Below, piece by piece: positions 1 to 10,000 of a stretch of DNA of 64,000 nucleotides. The notes beneath the pieces are model-generated. The model did not search any database. It was not told the DNA's origin and was given only the letters and a program-made list of their open reading frames with translations. The first letter of the stretch is position 1, and every line of letters starts with the position of its first letter. The position numbers were made by a program, and so were the translations under genes. Source of the stretch: Candidatus Micrarchaeota archaeon (GTDB lineage Archaea; Micrarchaeota; Micrarchaeia; Micrarchaeales; Micrarchaeaceae); contig JAKATX010000001.1 in assembly GCA_021818545.1 (NCBI GenBank), forward strand, positions 47,061-111,060, in the 5' to 3' direction.

Positions 1-1
1 A

Positions 2-532
2 TCATCTGTAGGACTTCTGGAACCTGGCCCTGGCCTTTGGTCCCTTGAACTTCTTTGGCTCGACCCTTCTCGTGTCGTCCACAAGCATGAACCTGTCGTA
101 TCTCAGGTACTCTTTCCTTATGGAATCTGTATCCGCGAAAGCCACCATGGCCTTGGCTATTGCGCCACGTGCAGCCTGGACCTGCGAACTAGCACCGCCG
201 CCGTTGACATTCACGTCTATTGATAACCTGGATGCAAGTTCCCTGGTTATGCTAGAAACATTTATCGGCTCGAGTATTGCGCTCCTGAACTCCTTGGGCT
301 CTATCGTGTTTACGTTCATCCTGTTTATCCTTATTACGCCATTGCCTGCCTTGACTGACGCACGCGCGACCGCTTCCTTCCTCTTGCTCTTAAGCACTAT
401 CACCTTACTGTGCTTCTTTGTTGATTTCTTGGCCCGTGAGGCGCGCAGCCTCTTGGACGCAGTAGGCTGAGCCTCTGCCGGAGGTTGTGGCGCCGGTTGG
501 GGCGCTGGTTCCTGCACTTTTTCTTCTGTCAT
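2..532 (-). CDS. rps9: 30S ribosomal protein S9 (uS9)
   Basis: GGG..SQ..AAR.AIA motif and C-terminal DTRRVEPKKFKGPKARARFQKSYR; follows L13; has a Pro/Gln/Lys-rich N-terminal extension. Confidence 0.96.
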   Translation of the reverse strand: MTEEKVQEPAPQPAPQPPAEAQPTASKRLRASRAKKSTKKHSKVIVLKSKRKEAVARASVKAGNGVIRINRMNVNTIEPKEFRSAILEPINVSSITRELASRLSIDVNVNGGGASSQVQAARGAIAKAMVAFADTDSIRKEYLRYDRFMLVDDTRRVEPKKFKGPKARARFQKSYR

Positions 533-554
533 CGTAAAACCCTTGTGAACATCA

Positions 555-1019
555 TTACTCGTTGTCGCCGTAGCCCAGAAGCCTGGACAACTCCGCTATG
601 GTTATGTGGTTAACGTACATCTTGTTAGGATCCTTGCTTTCAATCTTGGCAATCTTTGCATCCTTGAATGCGGGCGGAACGCCGAGGAAGACGCGAAGCT
701 TCCTGTATGCGGTCTTGCCCCTTGGCCGGTTGTATGGCAGCATGCCCCTTATGATCCTCTTGACAAGCATGTCGGACCTCCTTGGCCAGTAGGGGGAATG
801 TTCTGGATTCTCCTTCTCCATCAGCCTGAGCCTTGTCTTGTATTTTGCCAATATTACCTTCTTGTTGCCGCTTATCACTGCCTTCTCTGCGTTTATCACT
901 GCTACGTTCTTGCCGGACAGCAGGTTTTTCGCGACTACGCTGGAGAGCCTGCCCAGTATTTTGTTCTCCGCATCGAAGACTTCGAATTCATTAAGGTTTA
1001 TCTCTGCCATGCTAAGCAT
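555..1019 (-). CDS. rpl13: 50S ribosomal protein L13 (uL13)
   Basis: DAENKILGRLSS, INAEKAVISG and IRGMLP motifs; start may be the Met at 1010. Confidence 0.96.
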   Translation of the reverse strand: MLSMAEINLNEFEVFDAENKILGRLSSVVAKNLLSGKNVAVINAEKAVISGNKKVILAKYKTRLRLMEKENPEHSPYWPRRSDMLVKRIIRGMLPYNRPRGKTAYRKLRVFLGVPPAFKDAKIAKIESKDPNKMYVNHITIAELSRLLGYGDNE

Positions 1020-1020
1020 C

Positions 1021-1371
1021 TCATATTATAAGATTTATCTTATTCATCTTCACCATGTCCTTTATTTCCACTATGTTGCACTTGGCATCCATTAGGGCGC
1101 TGCGTGCCGCGATTGAGTATGATATGGCTGATATGTTGACTTTATGGTCCATTGAGCCCACAGAAAGCACCTTTCCAGGCACTATCACGTTGTCGCCGTC
1201 CTTGGTCAGCTTGTTTATCTTGTAAAGGTTGACAGTAGAGCGTATCCTTGATGGTATGGCGACTTCGTAATGCACCTTCTTCCAAAGACCTGCATAATGC
1301 TTCTCCTTAGCCGCTAGGCTCAACACATCCAGCCATTCCTTGACATCCCTGTTTTCAACGTTCAGTTTCAT
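1021..1371 (-). CDS. rpl18e: 50S ribosomal protein L18e (eL18)
   Basis: VNLYKINK...IVPGKVLSVG motif; conserved rpoD-L18e-L13-S9 order. Confidence 0.93.
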   Translation of the reverse strand: MKLNVENRDVKEWLDVLSLAAKEKHYAGLWKKVHYEVAIPSRIRSTVNLYKINKLTKDGDNVIVPGKVLSVGSMDHKVNISAISYSIAARSALMDAKCNIVEIKDMVKMNKINLII

Positions 1372-1382
1372 TCAATCACCAA

Positions 1383-1469
1383 TGCAGGGGGTGAGATTTG
1401 AACTCACGCAAGCTCTAAAGCTACTGACCCCTCAAGCCAGCGCATTTGGCCAAGCTCTGCCACCCCTGC
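1383..1469 (-). tRNA. tRNA-Leu(GAG)
   Basis: Reverse complement folds as a tRNA: GCAGGGG/CCCCTGC-A acceptor, anticodon arm CTGGC-TT-GAG-GG-GTCAG, long variable arm, GTTCAAATC T-loop; CCA not encoded. Confidence 0.95.
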
Positions 1470-1476
1470 ACAATTA

Positions 1477-2052
1477 TCAAAGCTTTTTGACTTCATTGCC
1501 TACCTCTTTTATTTCCCCTCTTATTGCGTCGAAAGCCTTATTAATTATTTCTCTGGGTGGCATTTGACCAAATGATTCAACATAAACCTCATATGAGCCG
1601 TCTTTTGCATCGTTGTAAGTCACCAGACCAGGCTGGAACTTTGCATGCCTCAGACCAACGCCCATAACGGCCTTGCCTTCCAGGCGTATCCTCTGGTCGG
1701 CTGCGAGCTTTATCAGCGGTATGTTCCCGTTTGCGACCTTGACCTCTTTGTCCGCGCTTTCCAGCTCCTTGGAGTACACAGTCTTAGGACCCGAAACTTC
1801 TAGGGTGAACAGTATCTCATCCTCGTTGTTGTAGCCTTTTAGCGGCGTATGGATCGGAACAAGACCTATCCTGTGCGCGATATATTCATCGAACATGGCG
1901 CCGGTATTTTCATAGAATGTGACCTTGTCTATGGCGAATGTCTTTACGTTATTTATTGCCATGCGCCTTAGCGTATTCACGTACCAGTTACTGGCTCCGG
2001 TAAGCTTAAACCTGAAGACCTTGTCCGTATTTTCAACAACCTCTATTTTCAT
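1477..2052 (-). CDS. rpoD: DNA-directed RNA polymerase subunit D (Rpo3)
   Basis: NTLRR, FDEYIAHRIGLVP and HAKFQP motifs; short form without the Fe-S insert. Confidence 0.95.
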   Translation of the reverse strand: MKIEVVENTDKVFRFKLTGASNWYVNTLRRMAINNVKTFAIDKVTFYENTGAMFDEYIAHRIGLVPIHTPLKGYNNEDEILFTLEVSGPKTVYSKELESADKEVKVANGNIPLIKLAADQRIRLEGKAVMGVGLRHAKFQPGLVTYNDAKDGSYEVYVESFGQMPPREIINKAFDAIRGEIKEVGNEVKKL

Positions 2053-2208
2053 GCATTCACTTCATCAAGCACAATACTCTGGGCGACAGCTTAGATATTT
2101 ATTATTAATTCGCCATAATATCTTAGTCGCAACAGTAATAGCCTTACTTTATGGCAGAAATATGCGAGCCAAGTATTATGTGACGGCAACATTTAAATAG
2201 ATATTTAT

Positions 2209-2853
2209 ATGGGTGTAAAAGTGAGCTTCGAATTGGCGCTTAGCGCAGACATGAAGAAACCGGAATTCAATTCAAAGGCATACGTACTCACATTCAAGAA
2301 CTTCCTGGCAGTTACCAGAAACAACATATCCAGGGAGAAGGTTGACAGGTATGGTGCGGCAGTTTACAACAAGCAGAATGAGTGCCACATGACGTTATAC
2401 AAAAGCGAACTTGCAGTAAGGTATATAGCGCAGACAGATATAACGGATGAGTTGCTAATCAGCCTTTACGAGGTAAGCACAATGTCACTTTGCGTGGCAA
2501 GATTCTCCGCTTGGGATATGAAACTAAGCGCCACATTGGATAAGTTCATGGCCCAGTTCAAGAACCCGAAAGAGAGGAATTTTGAAGCACGCATTATAGG
2601 ATTGCAAAACGGCCAGAGATATGATACTCTGCATGACGTATTGCGCTTCGTTGCATCTAAGAAGCTCCCACTGGTTGAAGTCGACCTTTTTGGTAGCAAC
2701 ATGAGGCACATTGCCTTCGATGCTAAGACAGGGATGAGTTATAACATGCTGCTTGAGAACAGGCTCTACAGGCCTGGGGAGCTTGCAAACAAGGCATTGA
2801 TACAAGTGCAACAACCGGCGCCTCAGCAGCAACAAGCAGGGGCGGCGCAGTGA
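2209..2853 (+). CDS. Hypothetical protein, possible CheD-like fold without the catalytic residues
   Basis: 214-aa ORF; FEARIIG and LVEVDLFGSNMRHIAFDAKTG resemble the CheD motifs LEAKIFG and IVAEDVGG..GR.I.FD..TG. Confidence 0.55.
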   Translation: MGVKVSFELALSADMKKPEFNSKAYVLTFKNFLAVTRNNISREKVDRYGAAVYNKQNECHMTLYKSELAVRYIAQTDITDELLISLYEVSTMSLCVARFSAWDMKLSATLDKFMAQFKNPKERNFEARIIGLQNGQRYDTLHDVLRFVASKKLPLVEVDLFGSNMRHIAFDAKTGMSYNMLLENRLYRPGELANKALIQVQQPAPQQQQAGAAQ

Positions 2854-3471
2854 ACGGAGAACGTGCCATAGGAAGTTTGGATAGGTACACCAAGTCAAAA
2901 GACATAAGACTACTTATTATAGACCAGGTGGGCCATTCCATGAGCATGTCTTGATCAGATAAATACGCGGCCAATTACATGCATGGATTTATATTCGGGT
3001 TAAAGAAACGTCTGCATTGTGCAACAATTCTGGGTAGCACAGATTGACCATGACTATAAGGCTACAAGCGGAACTGGCAGCGTAAAACGTACTATAAGGA
3101 GATTAGTTAAACAAGGCGGCGCATATGATGAGATTGTATTCAACAAGTTTGATTCAATAAGGCGTTTTACGAGCGGTATGATGGCTCTTATGAAGCATAG
3201 GAAGCATGCGAGCGGCACGGTCGCAGTTGCAAACGGCACAGTAGCAGTAAGGAAGCACGTGGCAACTGGCATAACAATTCGAAATTACGAATTCAGTATA
3301 GAGATAGGGAGGAGCGTAGTCGTAAAGCCAGACGGGAAATGGGCTCAGATATGTATAATTGCGACGAATATGCTGATGCAGAATTGCTTAATACGCAATA
3401 TTGATTCATCGTGTAGAAACTCCGTGGATGCCACGCCTATAATGGTCAATTGGATAAATCTGAAGAATTAA
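2850..3471 (+). pseudogene. Possible degraded RAD55/KaiC-like (RecA-fold) ATPase, C-terminal half
   Basis: GTG at 2850 reads IRLLIIDQ (Walker-B-like), an in-frame TGA, then FIFGLKKRLHCATIL. A different frame (3019-3471) has YDEIVF...MALMKHR...YEFSIEIG. No Walker A found. Confidence 0.35.
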
Positions 3472-4039
3472 ATGTGCGCAAATCAGTATAGACTGGACCG
3501 AAATTAGTAAGCACACTTCTTTTCAGGACGAAAGAACTTACATGCACTGTGCCGATGTTAATCTCTTTATTTTCCTCTAGGAATGCACTGACTTTATGCA
3601 CTGCACTTTCATCCGGATGCCTGAGCCTTGCTACGGTCAAATGTGGCGAAAACTTCTCTGTGCCAATAGGAAGCAAAGCGTCACCAAAGACCGAAATTCT
3701 TTCTGTGATGTCCAAGTGCAGCCTTTCCAGCATTTCGCTGCCGTTTTCTACCTTCGCGAAAATGACTCTTGGATCATTTACGGAGAATGTGCTAAACCCT
3801 TGTATTGTTATATCAAAGCCGATAAATTTGATTTGATGTAGGGCGGACGTGAGCGATTGGATTGCATCGGGTTTTATGCTACCCAAGAAAAGCAGCGTTA
3901 TGTGCATGTTCTGTAGTAAAACAGGGCTTATGCCACTACTATTCAAGGGCCTTGAAGCAGCAGCTATCTTCTCTTTTATATGCTCGGGCAGGTCTATGGC
4001 GATGAAAAGGCGCTGAGAGCCATTCAGTTGACGTCCCAT
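3446..4039 (-). CDS. thpR: RNA 2',3'-cyclic phosphodiesterase (2H phosphoesterase, LigT/ThpR family)
   Basis: RLFIAID start, two HxT motifs (HITL, HLTV), S.LT..GPVY tail. Confidence 0.92.
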   Translation of the reverse strand: MGRQLNGSQRLFIAIDLPEHIKEKIAAASRPLNSSGISPVLLQNMHITLLFLGSIKPDAIQSLTSALHQIKFIGFDITIQGFSTFSVNDPRVIFAKVENGSEMLERLHLDITERISVFGDALLPIGTEKFSPHLTVARLRHPDESAVHKVSAFLEENKEINIGTVHVSSFVLKRSVLTNFGPVYTDLRTFNSSDLSN

Positions 4040-4071
4040 AGTGTGGTTTCAGTGCATAATGTATTTAGGAG

Positions 4072-7000
4072 CTACAGCCGGTCTAACAGGGCTTTTATGT
4101 GCTTTAGTATTATTCGCTCCTCCTTTTTCAGCAATGGATGGGAGTTCTCCTTCTTGCTTTTTGCCCAGAGCACGACGCCTATGTCATCATGCAACTTCAG
4201 TATGCTGCCCTGCGTGCTTTCCGGATCAACAAGGAATATGCGGACCTTCTTTTTCCTGGCGAATTTAAGTGCGGCATTTATTTTGGAATCCTCGAGTGCG
4301 GAATCAGAAATTGCGACAACCCCTTCTGCGTTATTCCTCGATATGGCGTATCTCACTTTGCCCACACCAGAAAGTGACCATCCGTTTGACAAGCCCCACA
4401 AGAAGCGGCCGACCACATCCGCCTTCCTTCTAGTATGCAAGATAACCAGTGAAGGCGGCGTCAAGGCCACGGCCAGTATTATGAGTATTAGGTAGTCTTC
4501 TATTGCGTCAAGCAGCCTTGACGAATCTGAGAATATCAGCCCAAGAACAGAAACGCCTACATTTTGAGGGAGTATTTTGTATGAGTAGCTGATTGAATTC
4601 GCGGTATAGTTCGCGTTTCCTGCAGTGCTGAATACATAGGTATAGTTTCCGACTGTCTGTTGAGTCGAACTTATTTGATAGAAAGTGCTGCCCACGGAGC
4701 CATTGTTAACTGACAGTGTAGCGTTAAGCTGATTGCCACCTGTTAGGATTTCGGCTTTGGTCACACATGCGGTGCCGTTATAGGGATAATTACTGCACTC
4801 TTTTATAAACTCAAGCTTGGGCACCAGCTTGGCTCTAGATACGTATATTGTAGAATAGCTGCCTGACACTTCATCCTTTCCTATTATAGTATAATTGCCT
4901 GGCAGCAGCCTTGTGATGTTGTACTCTGCGATGCCAATGCCGGTTGACAGAATCGTATTTCCATGGATTAGTTCGACTGTATTGTTGTGGTTTGAGCTAA
5001 TTGCTGTTATGGTGCCGTTCTGTGCAGTAAGAGCGATTGTAGTATTCGCTGCAACGGGAACAGTAATGGCAGGTTCACAAACTTCCAAGGAAATCGTATG
5101 CAGGGCAGGCACATAAGTGATGTTGGTCAGCCTCAATATAAAGTTAGAATCATTTATACGACCTATTGTAACATTGGCATTCAGATACGTGTTAATCGTG
5201 GTATTGCCGTTTATTATCTCTGTTGAGTAATTTGTGCTTATTACTGACTGATAGATGAAGAAAGATCGCGAAAGACCAGGGAAGTATATAGTAACGTGAT
5301 TGAATGTGGCAAAGTCGCTCACTGTATAACATAGTGGACCGCTTGCGGCAACCGTAGGGCCGCTAGGACCGCTTGATCCTTGGCTCGTCGTCGAAGACGT
5401 GGTGCTGCCGCCGCCTCCTCCCCCTCCGCCGCCTGATGATGGGGCTAATGGAGGTATTACTTTGACTTTTGTGGTTGACATGTTGAATGTATAGGGCGGC
5501 GATGTACCTGAATCCGTAATCGCAGTTACCAAAGTGATAGAACCTCCAGTATTGAAAGTAAGGTCAAAATTGTGTGAGCCGCCCCCTACTGGTATTGTGG
5601 CGGACGCTATAACTGTTGGATCAAGCTGGTATATGTCGACCGTGAATGGGCCTATGCCGCTGTTAGCACCTATAGATACGTTTAGTGAGACTTTTGAGCC
5701 TTGGGCTACGGTTATGTTTACTGTTGAATTCTTTGTTGCATTGATACTGCTTGTTTCGTTTATGACGTCCATTGACGCAGTGAAACTGTAGACGCGCACA
5801 TGGTTGGAAGGCTGTGAAATTGCGCTTTCTGGGAAAGAGGCCCCGTCCGTCACATTTAATTCAAAAATGTAGTTGCCTGTTGTGGTTAAGGAGTTTGTAA
5901 GGAACTGACAGAAGATGGTGTTGCCGGAGTTTTGGTTGTAGCCGCTAGGAGTTTGGCACAATACGGAATTAGCCGCAGTGAAGCTATCTGTATTTGGCGC
6001 TTCGACGAGCCAATTATAACTGAATGGGGGTGACCCGGTAGAGGGCATTGTGCCTATTATTGTGGAGAGAGCGCCTTGATCAATTGTTGTGTTGTCAATA
6101 GTTGGCGCGCTAGGTGGAGTAAGCTTTGAGTTAACTTTTATGGTGTTTGAGTTTAGTGATGATAGAGTCTCAGACGTGGACGCAGAATCAACTATCTGAA
6201 GCTTCAGATTATATGAGTCTCCTGCAGTAAGGGTGTTGCCGGATATGCTGCATGTCACGGTGTTGCCTGAGTTTTGGTTGGAGCCGGTGTTAGCGGTACA
6301 TTGTGTGGCAGTCGAATACGTGCCGCCGTTGGCGGATACCAACCACGTGTACGAATACGGAGGTGTGCCAGTCGACGGCATCGTTCCTGTGACTGATTCT
6401 GCCTGATTAACGTCCAGTATTGGAGCTGATGGCAACGGGACCGAAGGTGCGGAGAGTTTCGACGCGACAGTTATTGTCTGCGACCCTGGCGAAGAGGCCG
6501 TTTCCTGAGTGGACGCGGAATCCGAGACCTGCAGTTCAAAGTTGTACGTACTGCCTGATGACAGAGTGTTGCCGGATATGCTGCATGTCACGGTGTTGCC
6601 TGAGTTTTGGTTGGAGCCGGTGTTAGCGGTACATTGTGTGGCACTGACATAATTGCCGCTGTTAACCGATACCAGCCATGAGTAAGAGTATGGCGATGTC
6701 CCTGTCGATGGTATCAATGCAGTGACTGATTCTGGCTGGTCGGCGTCTAGTTTAGACGCGAATATTGTAGGCGCAGATGGGGCGGTGAGCTGCGATGACA
6801 CGCTAATAGAATTAGATGCAGGTGAAATCACGCTCTCTGAGATCGTGGCAGAATCCGAGACCTGCAGTTCAAAGTTGTACGTACTGCCTGATGACAGAGT
6901 GTTGCCGGATATGCTGCATGTCACGGTGTTGCCTGAGTTTTGGTTGGAGCCGGTGTTAGCGGTACATTGTGTGGCAGTCGAATACGTGCCGCCGTTGGCG

Positions 7001-10000
7001 GATACCAACCACGTGTACGAATACGGAGGTGTGCCAGTCGACGGCATCGTTCCTGTGACTGATTCTGCCTGATTAACGTCCAGTATTGGAGCTGATGGCA
7101 ACGGGACCGAAGGTGCGGAGAGTTTCGACGCGACAGTTATTGTCTGCGACCCTGGCGAAGAGGCCGTTTCCTGAGTGGACGCGGAATCCGAGACCTGCAG
7201 TTCAAAGTTGTACGTACTGCCTGATGACAGAGTGTTGCCGGATATGCTGCATGTCACGGTGTTGCCTGAGTTTTGGTTGGAGCCGGTGTTAGCGGTACAT
7301 TGTGTGGCACTGACATAATTGCCGCTGTTAACCGATACCAGCCATGAGTAAGAGTATGGCGATGTCCCTGTCGATGGTATCAATGCAGTGACTGATTCTG
7401 GCTGGTCGGCGTCTAGTTTAGACGCGAATATTGTAGGCGCAGATGGGGCGGTTATTGCTTTGTTTAGCACTACCCCATCGGATGATGAAGTTGTAATCGA
7501 AGGCGTTGTTGCGCTGTCATTCACCTGAAGTTTGAATAGATAGTTACCAGTCGCAGTATTTGCCGTGGTGGCAAATGCGCATGTTATTGCGTTTCCGGAG
7601 TTTTGGTTGGAGCCCGTTGAATTGCTGCACTCTGGAGCAGTCACGAACACTCCGCCATTAAACGATGAAAGCCATATATACGAATAGGGTGGTGTGCCAG
7701 TCGACGGCATATTCGCAGTTATCGTTGCCGTCTGGCCCTGATCCAGCTTTGGATTTGTGATGATTGGGGTTGATGGTGCAGTAAATGCAGCATTTAGCGT
7801 TATGGCATTTGAGCCTGAAGATACTGTGACCGGCACAGTGGCGGAATCTGTTACATTCAATTTGAACGTATAATTGCCTATGGCTGTGAGCCCGTTTGTA
7901 ACGAACGAGCATATCACTGTGTTGCCTGAAGGCGTGTTTGAGCCGCTAGGCTTTGTACATATTGTAGAATTCGATTGTATGAAGTTGCCATTTGAAGTAG
8001 GAGTTTCAACAAGCCATATATATGAATAAGGTGGTGTGCCAGTCGACGGAATTGCAGTGAATATTGTTGCGGTCTGGCCCTGGTCAGCCTTCTCATTCAA
8101 CTCCAACGGCTTGCTTGGCGAGACCAATCCGCTATTGATATTTATTGTATCAACGACTGAAGTCAGTTTTACTGCGTTAGTTGCCGAATCAGTGACATTA
8201 AGTATTGCATTATACGACCCGCTACCTAGCGAATTCACTGCAAATACCACATTATTTGAAGTGGTAGAACTCCTGAATAAGGAGTTGTAAACTACTGCAC
8301 TGCCATTAGATATGGTAAGGTTGAATGTATATGGCGGGGTGCCGCCGGACCAATTTCCAGCTAGAGTAGCTTTTTGGCCTATGTCGTAGGATGGCGAGTT
8401 CGGAGTCAATGCGAGGTTGGACATTGTATTGCTTATTTCAACGACGTGTGTTGATGAAGCTAGCTTAACAGTAGTCGTTGCAGAGTCATTCACATGTAGT
8501 ATAGCATTGAATGAGCCTGCCCCGAGCGCATTGGAGGAGAATGTTATGGAATTTGATGCTACAGTACCTATGTAGATGGAATTGTAAACGATAGTATTAC
8601 CATCACTTATAGTCCAATTTACTGTATAAGGGGCCGTACCTCCGGACCAATTTCCAGCTAGAGTAGCTTTTTGGCCTATGTCGTAGGCTGGCGAGTTCGG
8701 CGTTATTGATGGTTCCGCCAGTGCGGGGTTTACGAGTATGGAATTTTGTGCTGAAATAAAGACAAAATGAACTGATGTTCCTGTGTCCGTAGCAGTAGCA
8801 TTATAAGTGAATGTATTGCTAGATGCGGGGGAATTCACGGTAAATGATATTGTATTGCTTCCCCCTGGCGATTGAATAGTTAGATTTGATCCTTGCTTCT
8901 TTGATCCGGATACATTATATAGTTCAATGTTGAATGGACCAGTGCCCCCTGTTTCTTTTATTGTATAAGTTTCTATTTGACCTGAATCAAGCGTTATATT
9001 GGATGGTGAAATTGAAAGCGATGGAGCATTACTAACTATGGCAAGAGTGTTGCCGGACGTCAATGTCACAGGGGAATTGGCAGCGCTGTCGGTTACCGTG
9101 TAGCAGAATAAGGTGTTTGATGTCGGGGAGTTTGTGACCGTGACGGAGTTGCCCGATGTAACTAAGGTGTTTGAGGAACCGCATGAGGAGCCTGTTGATG
9201 AGTACCATTGGTATGTATATGGAGTTGTGCCGCCGGATGGATTCGCGGTAAGCGTGATCGACTGGCCAGTATCCATTATGAAGTTTGATGGTGTGGGGCT
9301 GCCTGCGGATAATGATGGATTGACAGTCACTAATGTGTTTCCTGATGTCAATGTCACAGGGGAATTGGCAGCGCTGTCGGTTACCGTGTAGCAGAACATC
9401 GTATTTATGGTTGGGGAGTTTGTGATCGTTACTGCGTTTCCGGACGTGGCCATTATGTTTGAGGAACTGCATGAATGGCTAGTAGAGTAGTACCACTGAT
9501 ATGAGTATGGTGGGGTGCCGCCGGATATGTTTGCAGTAAGCGTGATCGACTGGCCAGTATCTATTGAGGGGTTAAGCGGCGTTGGGCTGCCTGCGGATAG
9601 CACAGGGTTGACCTTTACTATGGTATTGCCTGAAGTTAGAGTTGGGGGGTTTGCGGATGAATCTGACACTGTGTAGCAGAATAAGGTGTTTGATGTCGGG
9701 GAGTTTGTGACCGTGACGGAGTTGCCCGATGCGACTGCAGTGCCCGATGAGCTGCATGAGGAGCCCGTCGATGAGTACCATTTGTATGTGTATGGGGTTG
9801 TGCCGCCGGATATGTGAGCAGCTAATGTTATGTATTGACCGCTGTCTATTGAAGGGTTAAGCGGCGTTGGGCTGCCTGCGGATAATGATGGATTGACAGT
9901 CACTAATGTGTTTCCTGATGTCAATGTCACAGGGGAATTGGCAGCGCTGTCGGTTACCGTGTAGCAGAACATCGTATTTATGATCGGGGAGTTTGTGACC

